A stretch of 53,290 nt of DNA, the filler included, from Jimgerdemannia flammicorona (taxonomy: Eukaryota), in assembly GCA_003990765.1 (NCBI GenBank). It is 3 parts of 3 records of this genome, joined end to end, with 100 filler letters (N's around TTAATTAATTAA, not from the genome) between each part and the next. Parts side by side here need not be neighbours in the genome. Positions count along the whole stretch, not along the records: positions 1 to 17,699 come from RBNJ01002446.1; positions 17,800 to 35,495 come from RBNJ01002447.1; 1 more part is not named here. One strand, given 5' to 3'. Both the position numbers and the translations under genes were made by a program. The notes beneath the pieces were generated by a model. It saw nothing but the letters and a program-made list of their open reading frames with translations, did no database searches and was not told the origin of the DNA. Shown here one piece after another: positions 11,837 to 24,807 of the stretch. How positions within the stretch are numbered: position 1 is the first letter of the stretch; each line of letters opens with the position of its first letter.

Positions 11837-14800
11837 GGTACTTCTTGAGTCAGTTTTGGTAGATGATAGTATGGATGATTGTGCCTGAGAGTTTTCATAG
11901 CCAAAAAGTGGTCTCTTTAATATCTTGCACAAGGTAAGGTCCTTCCTACTTAGGCTTCAGTTTTCATGGTTATGAAGCTTCTACTATATTCTGATATATC
12001 AGGACCTTGTCTCCTATCTTGATAATCTTCAAGGGCTTGTGAATCTTTTCTGCATTATTCCACTATAGTGCCTGGACCTTGGTTATGTAATCCTTGATCT
12101 TCTTCCTGATTTGATATAGTCTCTATATTTCTCTATCCATATGTTTCCATACAGTATCTCTATTGGATGATAGGGTTTATTAAGAACTTTCTTTTCTAAA
12201 CAGTATTTCCCAAGAGGTGAAATGGGTGCTTTGTGATTGAATATCCTGGAGAGCAGATAATGCTATTGGCAGATAGTGATCCCAGTTTTCATAGTTATTG
12301 CAGATCTTGATAATAATATTCTTGAGGGTCTTATTAGTCCTTTTTACCTGTCCATTTTCTTAAGGATAGTATGCTGTGGTCTGAATGTACTGGATCTTGT
12401 ACTTCTTATAAAGAACCTTAAAGAACTGGTTCATGAATTCTGTTCCTCTGTCTGGGTTACTTGTGTTGGGGTCTTGAACTGACAGATAACTTCTTTGTAA
12501 AAGCAATCAGCAATTGACTGTGCATTGGTTTCCTTGAGAGGTCCTGCCTCTATCCATTTTGTGAAAAGGTCTATGATGACAATGATGTATTGGTTGCCAG
12601 TCAAAGTCAAGGGTAGAGGGCCAATCACATCTATTGAAATGTGGGCAAATGGTACTAGTTCTATGTATACTGATCCTGGGGCTTGATTTCATTGATCTTG
12701 TTTCTATTTCTGATATTTGTCACAGGTCTTGACAAATTGTCTGATATCTTTCTCCATTCCTGGTCACCATATTGTTCTTCTTGCTTTATCATATATATTC
12801 ATTCCTCCTAGATAGCTAAGTTTATATACTGATTTTATTGCTTGCTTCTTCTTATGTTCTGATATAACTAGTAGCTTTTCTTTCTTCAGTATTTCTCCAT
12901 CAGTTTAGAATTATTTCCATGTTCTATTGATAATTGTTTGTGTCCATTCTTCCAGATATTGGGGCATCTTTTGCTGTCTCAGATAGGTGACAATTCTGTG
13001 GTAGAGCTCTTTATTCATAATTGATTTGCTGGTTGGGAGTCCTTTGGGGGGTCTGTGAGAGGACATCTGTGTTGGCATTGGTTTTTCCTGAGTGGTGCAT
13101 GATTGTTACATCATATACTTGCAACTTCATGATCTATCTGACATAGATTTCTTTGGGTTACCCAGTGATCAGTAGCCAAGTGAGGGCTGAGTGATCTGTC
13201 TGAATGGTGAAGTGTCTTCTGATGAGATAGTAGTGGAACTTCTCTATAGCCCAGATGACTGCAAGACATTCCAACTTATAGGATTCATACTCTTTTTCAG
13301 CTCCTTAGGTTCCTCAGCTGAGATATGTGATGACATACTCCACCTTGTCTTTCTTTTGAGCTGAGACTACTCCTAGTTCTTGGGCACTTATATCTGTCTG
13401 CAGGATGAATTCTTGAGTCCAATTGGGTCTTCTGAGGAGGGTGCCTGAGTCAGTCTGACCTTAAGCTCATCAAATTCTTTTTGTTGTCTGCCAGTCTATT
13501 GGAACTTAGTATTCTTCTTGTTGAGTTCATAGATTGGGCCTGCAATGTTAGAGAATCTCCTGATAAATCAGTGGTAGTATGAGGTGAGCCCCATGAAGGC
13601 TTGGGCTTTAGTAACTGTAGTGGGCCTTGTGTATGCTGCTACTGCTTGTATCTTGAGAGGGTCAGTGTATGTTCTATCTCAGTTAATAATATGGCCAAGA
13701 TAGGAGATCTTGATTTCCAGGAATTTGCATTTCTTGGGATTGATGTACAGGCCATCCTTTCTCAGCTTTTCCATTATCTGCTGGATGTACTGTGGATGTT
13801 CCTCTGGTGTCTGGCTGTAGATAATTACATCATCCATATAAACCATCTTCCATCTTCTTATGTCATTGTAGAAGATTTTGTTCATCATTCACTAGAAACT
13901 TCCTGGTGTATTGCACATTCGAAATGGCATTTGCAAGTAGATATAGGTTCCATCTAGAGTGATGAAGGCTGATTTCTCACATACTGTTTCTGTGAGTCCG
14001 ATTTGGTGGAATCCTGAGTATAGATCCAAGGTACTATAGTACTGTACTTTGTCTCCCAGAGTTATAAGGATATAACTGATGAGGGGCAGTGATTGGCAAT
14101 CCTTCTTAGTGACATTGTTGAGTTTTCTGTAATCAATACAGAGTCTTGGAGTAAATTCTCCAGACTTGCTTCCTTTCTTTGGGGCTAGTACAACTGGTAA
14201 AGACCAGGGGCTGCTGGCTTTCTTGATGATACCAGCTTCTTCCATCTGCTTGATTTCTTCTCTAAGCCACTCTTGGTAGGCTGGCACGATAGGTCTTGTC
14301 TTTTGATAAATTGGTTCAGTATCTCCAGTATCTATATCATGATAGTAGTATGGAGTCTTTTCTTTGATATCCTTGAAGAGCATAGTGAGGACATCCTCAA
14401 ATTCATAGAGTATTTTCTTGAGCTCTGTCTTGAGTTGGAATTCATTTCTAATAGTATAGCTGCACTTATTTGTAGATTCCTTCTTCTTGTACCCTAGTTT
14501 GATAATCTTGATACTGATGAATACTCCACTTTCTGTGGATTCAAATCCTTTCTTTCCTCTCTCTGTTTTCTCTAGCTTCTTGACTTCTATGATCTTTAGT
14601 TGTAGGATCAAAAAGATCAGTATCTGTATCAACCAGTCCTTTTTCTTGACTGGAAATGGTATTGTAGAATTATGGTTCCTAGCAATGAGTAGGATTTCTC
14701 CAGTATAATCTGAATTGATGACTTCTCCTTTAATTGTATCTTCGCTCTTGGCCAGGCTGCATCTTGTCTTCAGGATCCTGATATGATCCTTTGGAATTGT

Positions 14801-15291
14801 CATCTCTAGGTCAGTTGCAAGTAGAGTAGTTGTCTGAGGTTTGAGTATAGTTTCCTCCACTGTAGTGATATCCATTCCAGCTGCATTTTCTGACTTAAAT
14901 TCTGGTAGGACTGTATCAGGATGAATTTTCTGAATCTTGATCTTGATTTCTTCTTCATTATCACTGTCTTTGAGGAGAGCTGGTGGTTCATCATCCCCTT
15001 CTTCTTTCATTTTCTTTTCTTCTCTTGCCTGTTTCTTGAGGGCCTTCTCTCTTCTTTGGTAGTAGATCTTCTTAATTTTGCCAGTGCACTGGTAAAACTT
15101 GTTGACATGCTCCATATATTACATTTGGATCCCATGGGGGCAGACTTCCTGTAGTGCATATCCTTCCATAATCTTCTTGCACCAGTCTTCTTTACTCATC
15201 CATCCGATTTTCTTCTTCTTTTTCTGAGTTGTCACCATATAGGCTTCCTCTTGTTCACTCTCTTCTTTCTCCATCTCAGACAGGACTCCTT
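11825..15291 (-). pseudogene. pol: pol of Gypsy B (Cys/His module, dUTPase, RT, RNase H, integrase)
   Basis: Motifs SPWSLPVVLAPKK, RLCIDYRKLN, LDLYSGFHQI, MPF, YMDD and YLGH; interrupted by stops. Confidence 0.9.
14534..14947 (-). pseudogene. Trimeric dUTPase domain in Gypsy B pol
   Basis: All five dUTPase motifs in degraded form: AAGMDI, TRCSLA, GEVINSDYTGEI, KDWLIQ, RGKKGFEST. Confidence 0.9.
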
Positions 15292-17699
15292 GAGAGTACT
15301 GAAGGAGAGGTGGAGAGGTCTGTGGAGTGAGGAGGAAGGGGGTGCAGATGAGGAGATGATTGGAGATACATTAGAGGAGTGGGACCTGCCACAGGTAGAG
15401 GGCCTTGGAGACTTGATACTACCAGTCTGAGAGGAGGAGGTCCAGAGAGTCCTGGTGGCAACTAAGCTTGGGACAGCACCAGGAGTGGATGGGTTACCTT
15501 GGGACTTTTGGAAGAAGATGGTGAAGGTCCCTGGAGTGTTAGGAGAGATGGCAGCCCTCTGTGACCAAGTTCTTCTGAATGGGGAGTGGGTTGGAGAGCA
15601 GAACTTAGGGTTGGTGGCCTTGTTGTATAAAGAAAAAGAGAGGAGGGAGGATTGGAGGAGCTGGAGGCTGATCATGCTTCTGGATATAGACAGAAAGATG
15701 GTGACTAAGGTGATTGTTATAAGGCTACAGAAGGTTGCCCAACAAGTGCTGGGTGAGGAGCAGTGGGGCTTTGTTAGAGGCAGGCTAATCAGAGATGGGA
15801 CAGCCTGAGTTCATAGCATCATTGAAGGAGCCAGAGCTTGTGGATTGGATGGGAGACTAGTCTTTCTGGACCAGGAGAAGGCCTATGATCGCATTCAGCA
15901 GGTGTGGCTGGACAAGGTGCTAGATAGAATCAGTATTCCTCTATGATTTTGAGCTTCTATGTTGAATCTGTTAGAGGGCAGTAGGGCAGCTCTGATGTGT
16001 AATGGTCACCAGGGTTTGGCATTTCCCTTGGGGAGAGGAGTTCCTCAGGAAGACCCACTGTCACCTATTCTTTATGCCCATTAATTGGAACCTTTGATAG
16101 ATAGGATTTAATGGAAGGTAGTAGGACTCTCTATATATGGGGTGGTGTAGAAGGTGGGAGCCTTTGCCAATGACATAGTAGTTGGACTTGGCTCAGTAGT
16201 GGATGTTGAGGTACTTAAGGAGACAGTGGAATGGTATGAGGCACATTCTGGGGTAAAGCTCAACTGGTATAAGTGTGAGACAATGGTGCTGGAGAATAGG
16301 CTAGTGGGAGGGGACATCATTGGAACAATTGTCCCTACAGGAGAAGTAGTATAGTATCTGGGCATCTTCCTTTCTGTATATGGATCTGTCTTACCACAGG
16401 TGTGGTGGGAGAGGAGGGTGGCACTTTGGAGGGGGGCTCTTAGAGGTTGGAGAGGTCACCCTATCTCCCTAGCGGACCGGGTGTCAATTCTAAATATCTA
16501 CTGGTTCCCCAAGCTATGGCATGTTGCTTATCACTTAGACTTTCTAGCTTGGGTGGTGAAGAGACTGATAAAACAGACTAGAGATTGGATTTGGGCAGAG
16601 AGGTGGTCTCAGATCAGTTGGGATACTCTTGCAATGCTGATGGTTAGGAGAGGGCTAGGCTTAGTGGATGTTCCTAAGAGGCTATACTGCCTGTGAGCTT
16701 GGTGGTTGAAAAGGACTGTTGAACTGCAGGGTGGGAGTTGGGTACCACTGATGCAGAAGGTGTAGGAGATGAGATTCTCTCTTTGTGGGTCATCAGGAGA
16801 TTTGCTATCTCTGGTGGGCCTGAATGGAAGCTAATGGCTATGGTATAAGAGCTTCTGGTAAGGAGTGGTGGATGGAGTATACTGTATTGGCCTGCACTGG
16901 TGGAGCAATGAAGGAGAGATGCTGTGGGGGCCAGCTATGTGGCAATAAGACAGACTGCTTATGGGGGGTGTTCTACTTGCTGAGTTTGATACTGGTGATG
17001 GAGTAGAGTATCAGTGAGAACTTGGTCAGGATCTTTGGCCAAGTAGTTGGTAGGCAGTGAGGATTGGTGAGAAGTGAGACTAGGCAGGAGTCTGGTCATA
17101 AGAGTGCTGAGGTATAGAGGTAGCTTTCTCCAAAGTTCTGGGTGATATAGTAATGGATACTATAGAGGAATGTTATGTTGAATTTCTATACTGGCCATCT
17201 GGTGGATGGTGGCTGATTGGATTGTGAGGAGTGTTATAATGTAGGGCAGGTTGGGGGATTTGTGCAGACACCAGAACATTGGCTGGGAGAGTGTGAGGTT
17301 CTGGGGGACTTTTGGATAGCAGTAGGAGACTGGCTGGGTGTGAAGAAGAGACCAGATGGGGAGTGAGACCACTGGAAGGATTTGAAATCTAGGCTAGTGA
17401 GTGGTGTGGACAATGGATGGCTCACTGTAGGGTGGTTTTTAGTAGTATGGGTAGGGCTGGCTGGACATTGGCTCTTTGTGTTTAAGGAGGGGTGACAGAT
17501 GGATTTACAGGAGAAGTTGTTAAGGTGGGAGGGGTTGATAGGAGATCTGCTAACAGGGTGGTGGGTTGGTTGGGGTCCCCAGGGTAGGTGATGGCACTGT
17601 CTGGTGGAAGAGATCTGTGAGCAGAGTGGAGGGTGGGTAGTGATGGTAAATGGCATAGCAGTCTTTCATTGAGAGAGTATAGGGAGAGGGGGCCCCTAG
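15292..17699 (+). mobile_element. 5'-truncated LINE, subfamily II (RT and zinc finger), inserted in Gypsy B; runs to the contig end
   Basis: APGVDGLPWDFW, WRLIMLLDIDRK, FVRGRLIRD, LDQEKAYD, FAND. Collinear with 21465-23873. Confidence 0.92.
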
Positions 17700-17799
17700 N
17701 NNNNNNNNNNNNNNNNNNNNNNNNNNNNNNNNNNNNNNNNNNNTTAATTAATTAANNNNNNNNNNNNNNNNNNNNNNNNNNNNNNNNNNNNNNNNNNNN
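17700..17799. other. Artificial contig spacer N44-TTAATTAATTAA-N44
   Basis: Exactly 100 nt, with stop codons in all six frames; identical to 35496-35595. Confidence 0.98.
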
Positions 17800-18081
17800 T
17801 AGGAAATTTCATAACAGGGTTAGAAGTGGGACCTAACAGAGAGTAGATTTACTTAAGAGTGGTTTGTGGGTTATTAAATAGATTTATTCATTATTCATGA
17901 TATGGCTATACTAGGAGTAGTTGTATGAAAGAATATTGTGGAGAAGTGTTCAGGAATGTTCTTGTGTATTTGAGTCTGTGTAAGTTGCTGGAGTAGTAGT
18001 TATGGGTCTAGAGTGAGGGCTCGATAGATAGCTATCTGTTACTATATAGATATATTTTATTCTGATGAAGGTGTATCTCCT

Positions 18082-21000
18082 CACCCCCACCTTTCTCCTG
18101 TATAATTCATGTTACACCAACTTCAAGTAATAGTTTTTGATATAACTCAGAGAAAAGTTACTATAAAAATGTCATTGAGCAAGAGTTCCAATGGACATAC
18201 TGGATTGGGTGGACCTGGGGCTTTCAGCTAGCAGCAGGTAGAGAGAGGTTATGGACTGGGGATGGGGGTTTTTGGAGGGTCGAAGAATGGGAAAGGCTCT
18301 GGAGAAGGACTGGTGTCCAGTGGGACTAGGGGAGGACCTGATCTCTCCAGCTTTACAGACAAGGTAAAGACAAGTGGATGGCCAGCTGGAATCAAAGCTG
18401 GTGCTGCTGAAGAGAAGGGCAAAATGAGCATTGGGCAGAGGAGTAGCTTTCAGAAGGGGGCTGTGGGTGTCAGGACTGGAGGTGTTATAGCTAGGGAAGT
18501 GACTGTTGATAGGAGTATGATGGAGAATCAGAAAAAAAAAAAGAGATGTGATGGCTAATGGCCAGGTGGGGCAGGAGTTCTCAATGTGGAAGAGAGATCT
18601 GGCAGATAGTATAATGGGGCTGGCAGTGGCCCTATTGCTCAAGAAGTTGATCTTAGAGTTTGTAGCTACCTTGTACTTTCAAAGCTTAGCAGTGATGATG
18701 AGGATGGTCCTGGGGCTTATTTCAAAGCAGGTGGCTGGGGCAGCCTCAGTGAAGTTCCTGAAGAGACTGGAGGGGGTTGAGGTGGGCTTTGAGGAGGTGG
18801 GTCCACTGGATGAGGCTCTGAAGACCAGAGTAGTAGTTGGGGAAGTGGTGGTCCCCATAGTGTGGTGCTTGAGGTAGGACCCCAGGGTAGTGTAGTTACT
18901 GGTAAGAAGAGTGCCTACAGTAATAAAGGAGGAGACTAGGAGGAGGGTAGAGGAGGTGATAGTAGAGTATAGTGACATGGTGGACATTGGCTTCCAGATG
19001 TGAGAGAGGACCACCTTCAGAACAAGTAATGTCAATGTTAGGATTCAGCTGGTGGGGAGAGAGGCCACAGGGAAGACAAGTGACTGGCCCTTGGTGCTGA
19101 TGTGGGGGGTGTTTGTCTGTAAGATATCAAGGGTAAAAGGGAGTAAAGAGGAGGAGAAGAACTTGTTGGAGGCTCTGGAGGAGTTGAGTGGTACAGTAGA
19201 GAGGAGGATGAAAGCCTGGAAGCTGTATGAAGAGTTGACACATCTGGAGATTGTGGATGGGAAATATATCTGCACTGATAGGAGGCAGTGGGAGAGGGCT
19301 CAAGGATGCAGAAGACAAAGAGATCTGCTGGCAAGCTTGAATAGAGGGGTGAAGAGAAAGACTGGGAGCTTGGAGAAGTCTGAGGGTATAGAGGCAAGTG
19401 TCTGGACTAGTAAGGAAGGAAGAGATGTGGTGGAGAATCTGGAGGGGGCTGGGAAGACACCATGCACAGACCCTTTTGCAGATGGCACATTTGAAGTCTG
19501 GGAACTAATCTTGGATGATACTCCCCCTCTGATTAGGAGGGGTCTGGCTGCAAGGGGTCAGGTGGCAGAGGATGTACTGATGAAAGGTGCTCAGTAGGTA
19601 TACTTTGGGGTTCCTGACATGATGAAAGGTGGACAGGTGGTGGCAGTCAGTGAGGATGAGTTAGCAGATATTCTGGAGGAGGGGTGAGATGAGACTACCA
19701 GTATAGGAGCTGACACCATGATGCTTGATGTGAGAAGGCCAGGGATACCAAGAGGGAAGGAGGTGGGAAATCTGCTGTAAATAAGCAAGGTGATAGATAA
19801 CCTCGTAGCTGAGGAGTTGGGGGAGGTAGACTTACATATGATACCTGAGGAGTATTGAGTGCAGATTCTGCAAGATGATGGGGTGGTGGGGGCACTGAAG
19901 GTGGAGATACTTGTAATTTTCATAGAGAAGGAGGGGTATGAGATTGACAAGGCAAGGGAGGTAGAGTTAGCAGTCATTGCTGGTGAGTGGGCTGCCTACT
20001 GTTGAGCAGAGTGTTATGGGTTGCAACTCTGGCAGGAGATATGCCTGGAATATCATGAGAACTTTGAGGAGAAAGAGGATAGGGCAATGACTGAACTTCT
20101 GGCTGGATTGGAGGCACAGGCAGATAAAGAGAAGGCACTAGCTGCAGAACATAACTTGAACTTGGTATAGGAGGAGTTGAATGCAGATTTATAGAGAGTA
20201 CAATTGATAAACAACATTATTCCTTATAAACAGTACAACTAATATTTTCTCTCTGAATGTAAATGGGTTATGGGGATCTGGGCAGTGTAAGAACATTTTT
20301 ACTTAGCTTAAGAGTTTAGAGGCTGATCTCTTTTTACTGCAAGATGTACAGTGTGAGGGTGAGGAGAATTAGGTAGAGTGGGCTAGAGAATGGGGTGGAG
20401 CTACTGCTTGGACTGGCAAAGTGGTGATTTTGGTGAGAAAGGGTAGAGGAGATTTGGGAGATATCAGGAGCTGGGGTGACCAGTTGGTCTGGAGAGAATA
20501 GTATCAGCCTGGTTGGGAATTAGTAAGGGTTGGCTCTTGCTACTGCCCTGTAGTTAGGGGTGAGAGAATTATGTAGATTAGGGCTCTGCTGGAGGAGAGT
20601 GTTCTCTTGGAGGAAGGAGTAGATGTTTTGGGTGGGAATTTTAATATGGTGAGGGATCTGCAGGTGGATAAAACTGATGGAGGGAGAAATGTGAGTGGGA
20701 GGAGTGGTGGTCTGGATGCATGGGAGGAGGTGGAGAACCTTAGCTCATTAGGAGATATGGGCAGAGCATGGTGGAGTGATACAAGGGTATACACACATTG
20801 GGTGAATGGATTGAATATAAGGATTGACTGGATTCTGACAGCTGAATGCTGGGGAATAGATGTTTGGAAGACTTTAGAGATAGAGTAGTACCTGTGGTCT
20901 GATCACTGGGGGCTATTAGGGCAGAGGCAGTTTGGGGAGAGTGGAAATGGACCCAGACATTGGTGCCTTAACTCCTTCCTGCTATCTGAGAAGATGTTGT

Positions 21001-23951
21001 AGGACCTATGGATGGAGGACATTCAGGCGAAGATAACTCTCTGGATACATGAGGGCTCAGATGTGGGTATCTGTTGGATGAGATTGAAGGAGGCTGCAAG
21101 GGTTTATTAGGGAGGAGCTAATAGGGAGGCTGGGCAGCAGTGGAGGAAGCAAGTGAGGTTTGCTTCTAATAGGCTGTTGCAATTACAGTTAGATTGGGCT
21201 GATTTGCTTTCTTCTACAGGAGTGGAGGATTGGAGGCTAGAATGAGTGAAATTGGAGATAGTGGAGCTACAACAGATGTTGCAAGTAGAGGAGGAGATTC
21301 ATATGAAAGAAATGGTGGCCAGGCTTAGATGGCAGAGACTTGAGGAGAGAGAGTGGCCCACTAGGTATCTGACTAGGCTCCTCAAGGCTAAGAGGGTGCA
21401 ATATCAATGGAATAGGGTCCTTGATACAGAAGGGGAAATGGTGCATAGTATACAACAGATCCTGGGGATATTGAAGGAGAGATGGCAGGGTCTGTAGAGT
21501 AAGGAGGAAGGGGATGCAGATGAAGAGGCAATTGAAGATATACTGGAGGAGTGGAAACTACTGCAAGTAGAAGAACTTGATGACTTGATTCTACCAGTTC
21601 AAGAGGAGGAGATCTAGGGAGTCCTTGTGGCAACTAAGCTTGGGACAGCATCTGGAGAGGATGGACTACCTTGGGACTTTTGGAAGAAGATGGCAAAGGT
21701 CCCTAGAGTGTTAGGGGAAATGGCAGCCCTCTGTAACCATGTAATTCTGAGTGGTACATGGGTTGGTAAACAGGACTTAGGGTTGGTGGCCTTATTGTAT
21801 AAAGATAAAGGAAGAAGGGAGAACTAGAAGAACTGAAGACTGATCATACTTCTGGATATGGACAGGAAGATGGTGACTAAGGTGATTGTGGTAAGATTAC
21901 AAAAAGTTGCCCAACAGGTGCTGGGTGAGGAGCAGAGGGGCTTTGTTGGGGGCAGGCTTATCAGAGATAGTACTGCCTGAGTGCATGATATCATTGAAGG
22001 GGTGCAGGCCTGTGGACTAGATGGAAGACTGGTCTTTCTGGACCAGGAGAAGGCTTATGACCATATTTGGTAAGTATGGCTGGGCAAGGTGCTGGATAGA
22101 ATTAGTGTCCCTCCATGATTTTGAGCTTCTATATTGAATTTGTTAGAGGGCAGTAGGGCTGCACTGATGTGTAATGGTCATCAGGGTCTGGCATTTTTCT
22201 TGGATCAAGGAGTTCCTCAGGGAGATCTACTATCTTCTATTCTGTATACCCTTTCATTGGAATCATTAATGGATAGGATTCACTGGATGGTAGCAGAGCT
22301 CTCTGTGTATGGTGTGGTGTGGAAGGTGGGGGCTTTTGTTGACAATATGGTAGTTGGACTTGGCTCTGTGGCTGACATTAATGCACTTAAGGAGATGGTG
22401 GACTGGTATGAGGCACACTCTGGGATGAAACTCAATTGGCATAAGTATGAAACAATGGTGTTGGGGAATGGGCTAGTAGGAGGGAACATCATTGGAACAA
22501 TTGTCTCTACAGGAGAGGTGGTGCAGTATCTGGGCATCTTCCTTTCTGTATATGGATCTGTCTTATCATGAGTGTGGTGAGAGAGGAGGGTGGCCATTTG
22601 GGAGGAGGCTCTTAGAGGATGGAGAGGTCACTATATTTCTCTGGCAGGGTGGGTGTTAATTCTGAATATCTACTGGTTCCCCAAGCTATGGTATGTGGCC
22701 TATCACTTGGACTTCTCAGCTTGGGTGGTGAAGAGGCTGATGAAATTGACTAGAGATTGGATTTGGGCAGAGAGGAGGTCCCAGATCAGATGGGACACTC
22801 TTACATCACTGGTGGGTAGGGGAGGACTAGGCCTTGTGGACTTCCCTAAGAGGCTGTACTGTCTGTGAGCTTGGTGGTTGAAAAGGGCTGTAGAACTACA
22901 GGGAGGGGGCTGGGTACTACTGATGCAGAAGGTGTGGGAGATGAGATTCTCCCCTTGAGGGTCTTTAGGAGATTTGCTCTCTCTGGTGGATCTAAATAAG
23001 AGCTGACAGCTGTGGTACAAGGGCTTCTGGTGGAGGGTGGTGGATAGAGTATACCAGATAGGCCTACACTGGTGAGGCGATGAGAGGGAGGTGCAGTGGG
23101 GTCTGGCTATGTGGCGATGGAACAGATTGCTTCTGGGGGGTGTTCTACTTACTGAGTTCGATATTGATGATGGGGTGGAATGTCAGCAGGGACTTGGCCA
23201 GAATCTTTGGCCCAGTAGTTAGCAGAGAGTGGAGATTGGTGAGGAGTGGGACTGGGCAGGAGTCTGGTTGTGGAGTGTGGAGGTGTAGTAGTGGCTTCTG
23301 CCCAAGTTCTGAGTAGTGTGGTGGTAGATACTATGAAAGAATATTATGTTGAATTTCCATGCTGGACATCTGGTAGATGGCAGCCAATTAGATTGTAAGG
23401 AATGTTATAATATAAAGCAAGTGGGGGAAGTTGTACAGACATCAAAATATTGGTTAGAAGAGTGTGAGGTTCTGGGGGACTTTTGGATAGTAGTAGGAGA
23501 CTGGCTGGGTGTGGGGAGGAGGCCAGATAGAGAGAGAGGTCACTGGGAGGATTTGAAATCTCAGTTAGTGGAGGGTGTGGGCAATAGTTGACTCACTGTA
23601 GGGTGGGCTTTAGCAGTGTAGGTGGGGCTGGCTGGATACTGGCTCTTTGTTTTTGAGGAGAAGTGATAGATGGGTATATAGAAGAAGTTATTGAAGTGGG
23701 AGGTATTGATGGGGGATTTGCTGACTGGGTGGTGGGTTGGCTGGAGTCCTCAGGGTGAGAGACATTGCTGTCTGGTAGAAGAGATATGTATGAGGAGTAG
23801 TGGGAGGGTAGAGATAGTATTGGATAAAGTGGTCTTTCATCAAAAAGAAGTGGAGGGGGGGGGGACCCCCTAGAGAGATCGGTTAGGAGTGGGCTATGTG
23901 TATTATTAGAGGATAGACAGATATATTAATAAAGGAAGGAGTTCAAGTGAC

Positions 23952-24027
<76 letters not shown>
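18082..24027 (+). mobile_element. Full-length L1/Tx1-like LINE, subfamily II (LINE-2), nonsense-mutated
   Basis: ORF1 about 18169-20190. ORF2 about 20226-23873 (SLNVNGL, GGNFN, RIDWIL, SDH, PQGDLLS, FVDN, CKEC). 73-nt poly(A) at 23955-24027. TSD AAGGTGTATCTCCT (18068-18081) / GAGGTGTGTCTCCT (24028-24041). Confidence 0.95.
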
Positions 24028-24031
<4 letters not shown>

Positions 24032-24807
24032 TGTGTCTCCTTTGGTGATATATTTGGAATCAAATTCACTGAGATACTCCTCCTCCTCTTGGCTTTGGTC
24101 TCCATATAATTGGGTTTGCTCAGCATTAAAGTAGATAGAATCAGTTATATATCTGATTTCGGAAGGACTTAATTCAAAGTCAAGTTCTGGTTTGGTATTG
24201 GTTTCAGGTTCAGATAGAGCTGTAGTAGAGCCTGCTTCTGGTTCAGGGTCAGGTTGTTGATGAAGAGTTTCTCTTACTTCTTCTTTAAGAATATAGCAGA
24301 CCTTGCTGTTCTGAAATCAATAGTATAATGCAGTCTTGGTCCTGGTATGGTGAAAGTTGATAGAGTTGAGCTACTTGGCTACAGAGGCTTGGGCTTTATG
24401 AGAAACTAAGGCTAGAAAGACTACTGTTGGTTGTCCTAGGTCACTTGGATTTGTAGAGCTGATAAAACTCTTATTGAGAAGAGTAAAGAAGGCTTCTATA
24501 AGACCTTCTTCATCTTGACTTACTGGGTATAGTGTAAGGAGTTCAGTATATAAGGTTTTGTCTATCTGCTGATTTAACTGGAATACTTCTTTTTTTGAAT
24601 GAAGTTTGTCTCACTTGTTGCAGGTGTGAAGGTCAAATTGTCCTTGTATATTAGGTTCAATTCTCTCCAGATTGTCAGATGATTCAGAATAAATTCCAGT
24701 TCAGAGGTTGGGCTTACTACCAACTTATAGGAATTCTCAAAGAGATTTATAGCAGGGTGAGGAAGTATCTTGAAGTGGAATTGGATTGTAAACCACTACT
24801 ACCAAAT

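Larger units (their letters stand above)
10910..15291 (-). mobile_element. Ty3/Gypsy LTR retrotransposon B (same lineage as A), 5' part cut off by a LINE
   Basis: dUTPase-RT ORF 13892-15115, then YMDD (13679-13888), RNase H (ILQTD, LECLAVIWA, TDHSAL), integrase (IDVIGPLP, IIDLFTKWIEA, GPY), PPT and 3' LTR. Confidence 0.95.

Noticed and set aside
13892..15115. Treating the 407-aa dUTPase-RT ORF as a functional or host gene
   Set aside because: It is a stop-bounded piece of pol with damaged motifs (VINSDY, GFES), and it ends before the YMDD.
17744..17755. TTAATTAATTAA as a biological palindrome or piggyBac-type target
   Set aside because: It is the centre of an artificial spacer.
23926..24126. 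Poly-Phe ORF
   Set aside because: Translation of the LINE poly(A) tail on the opposite strand.
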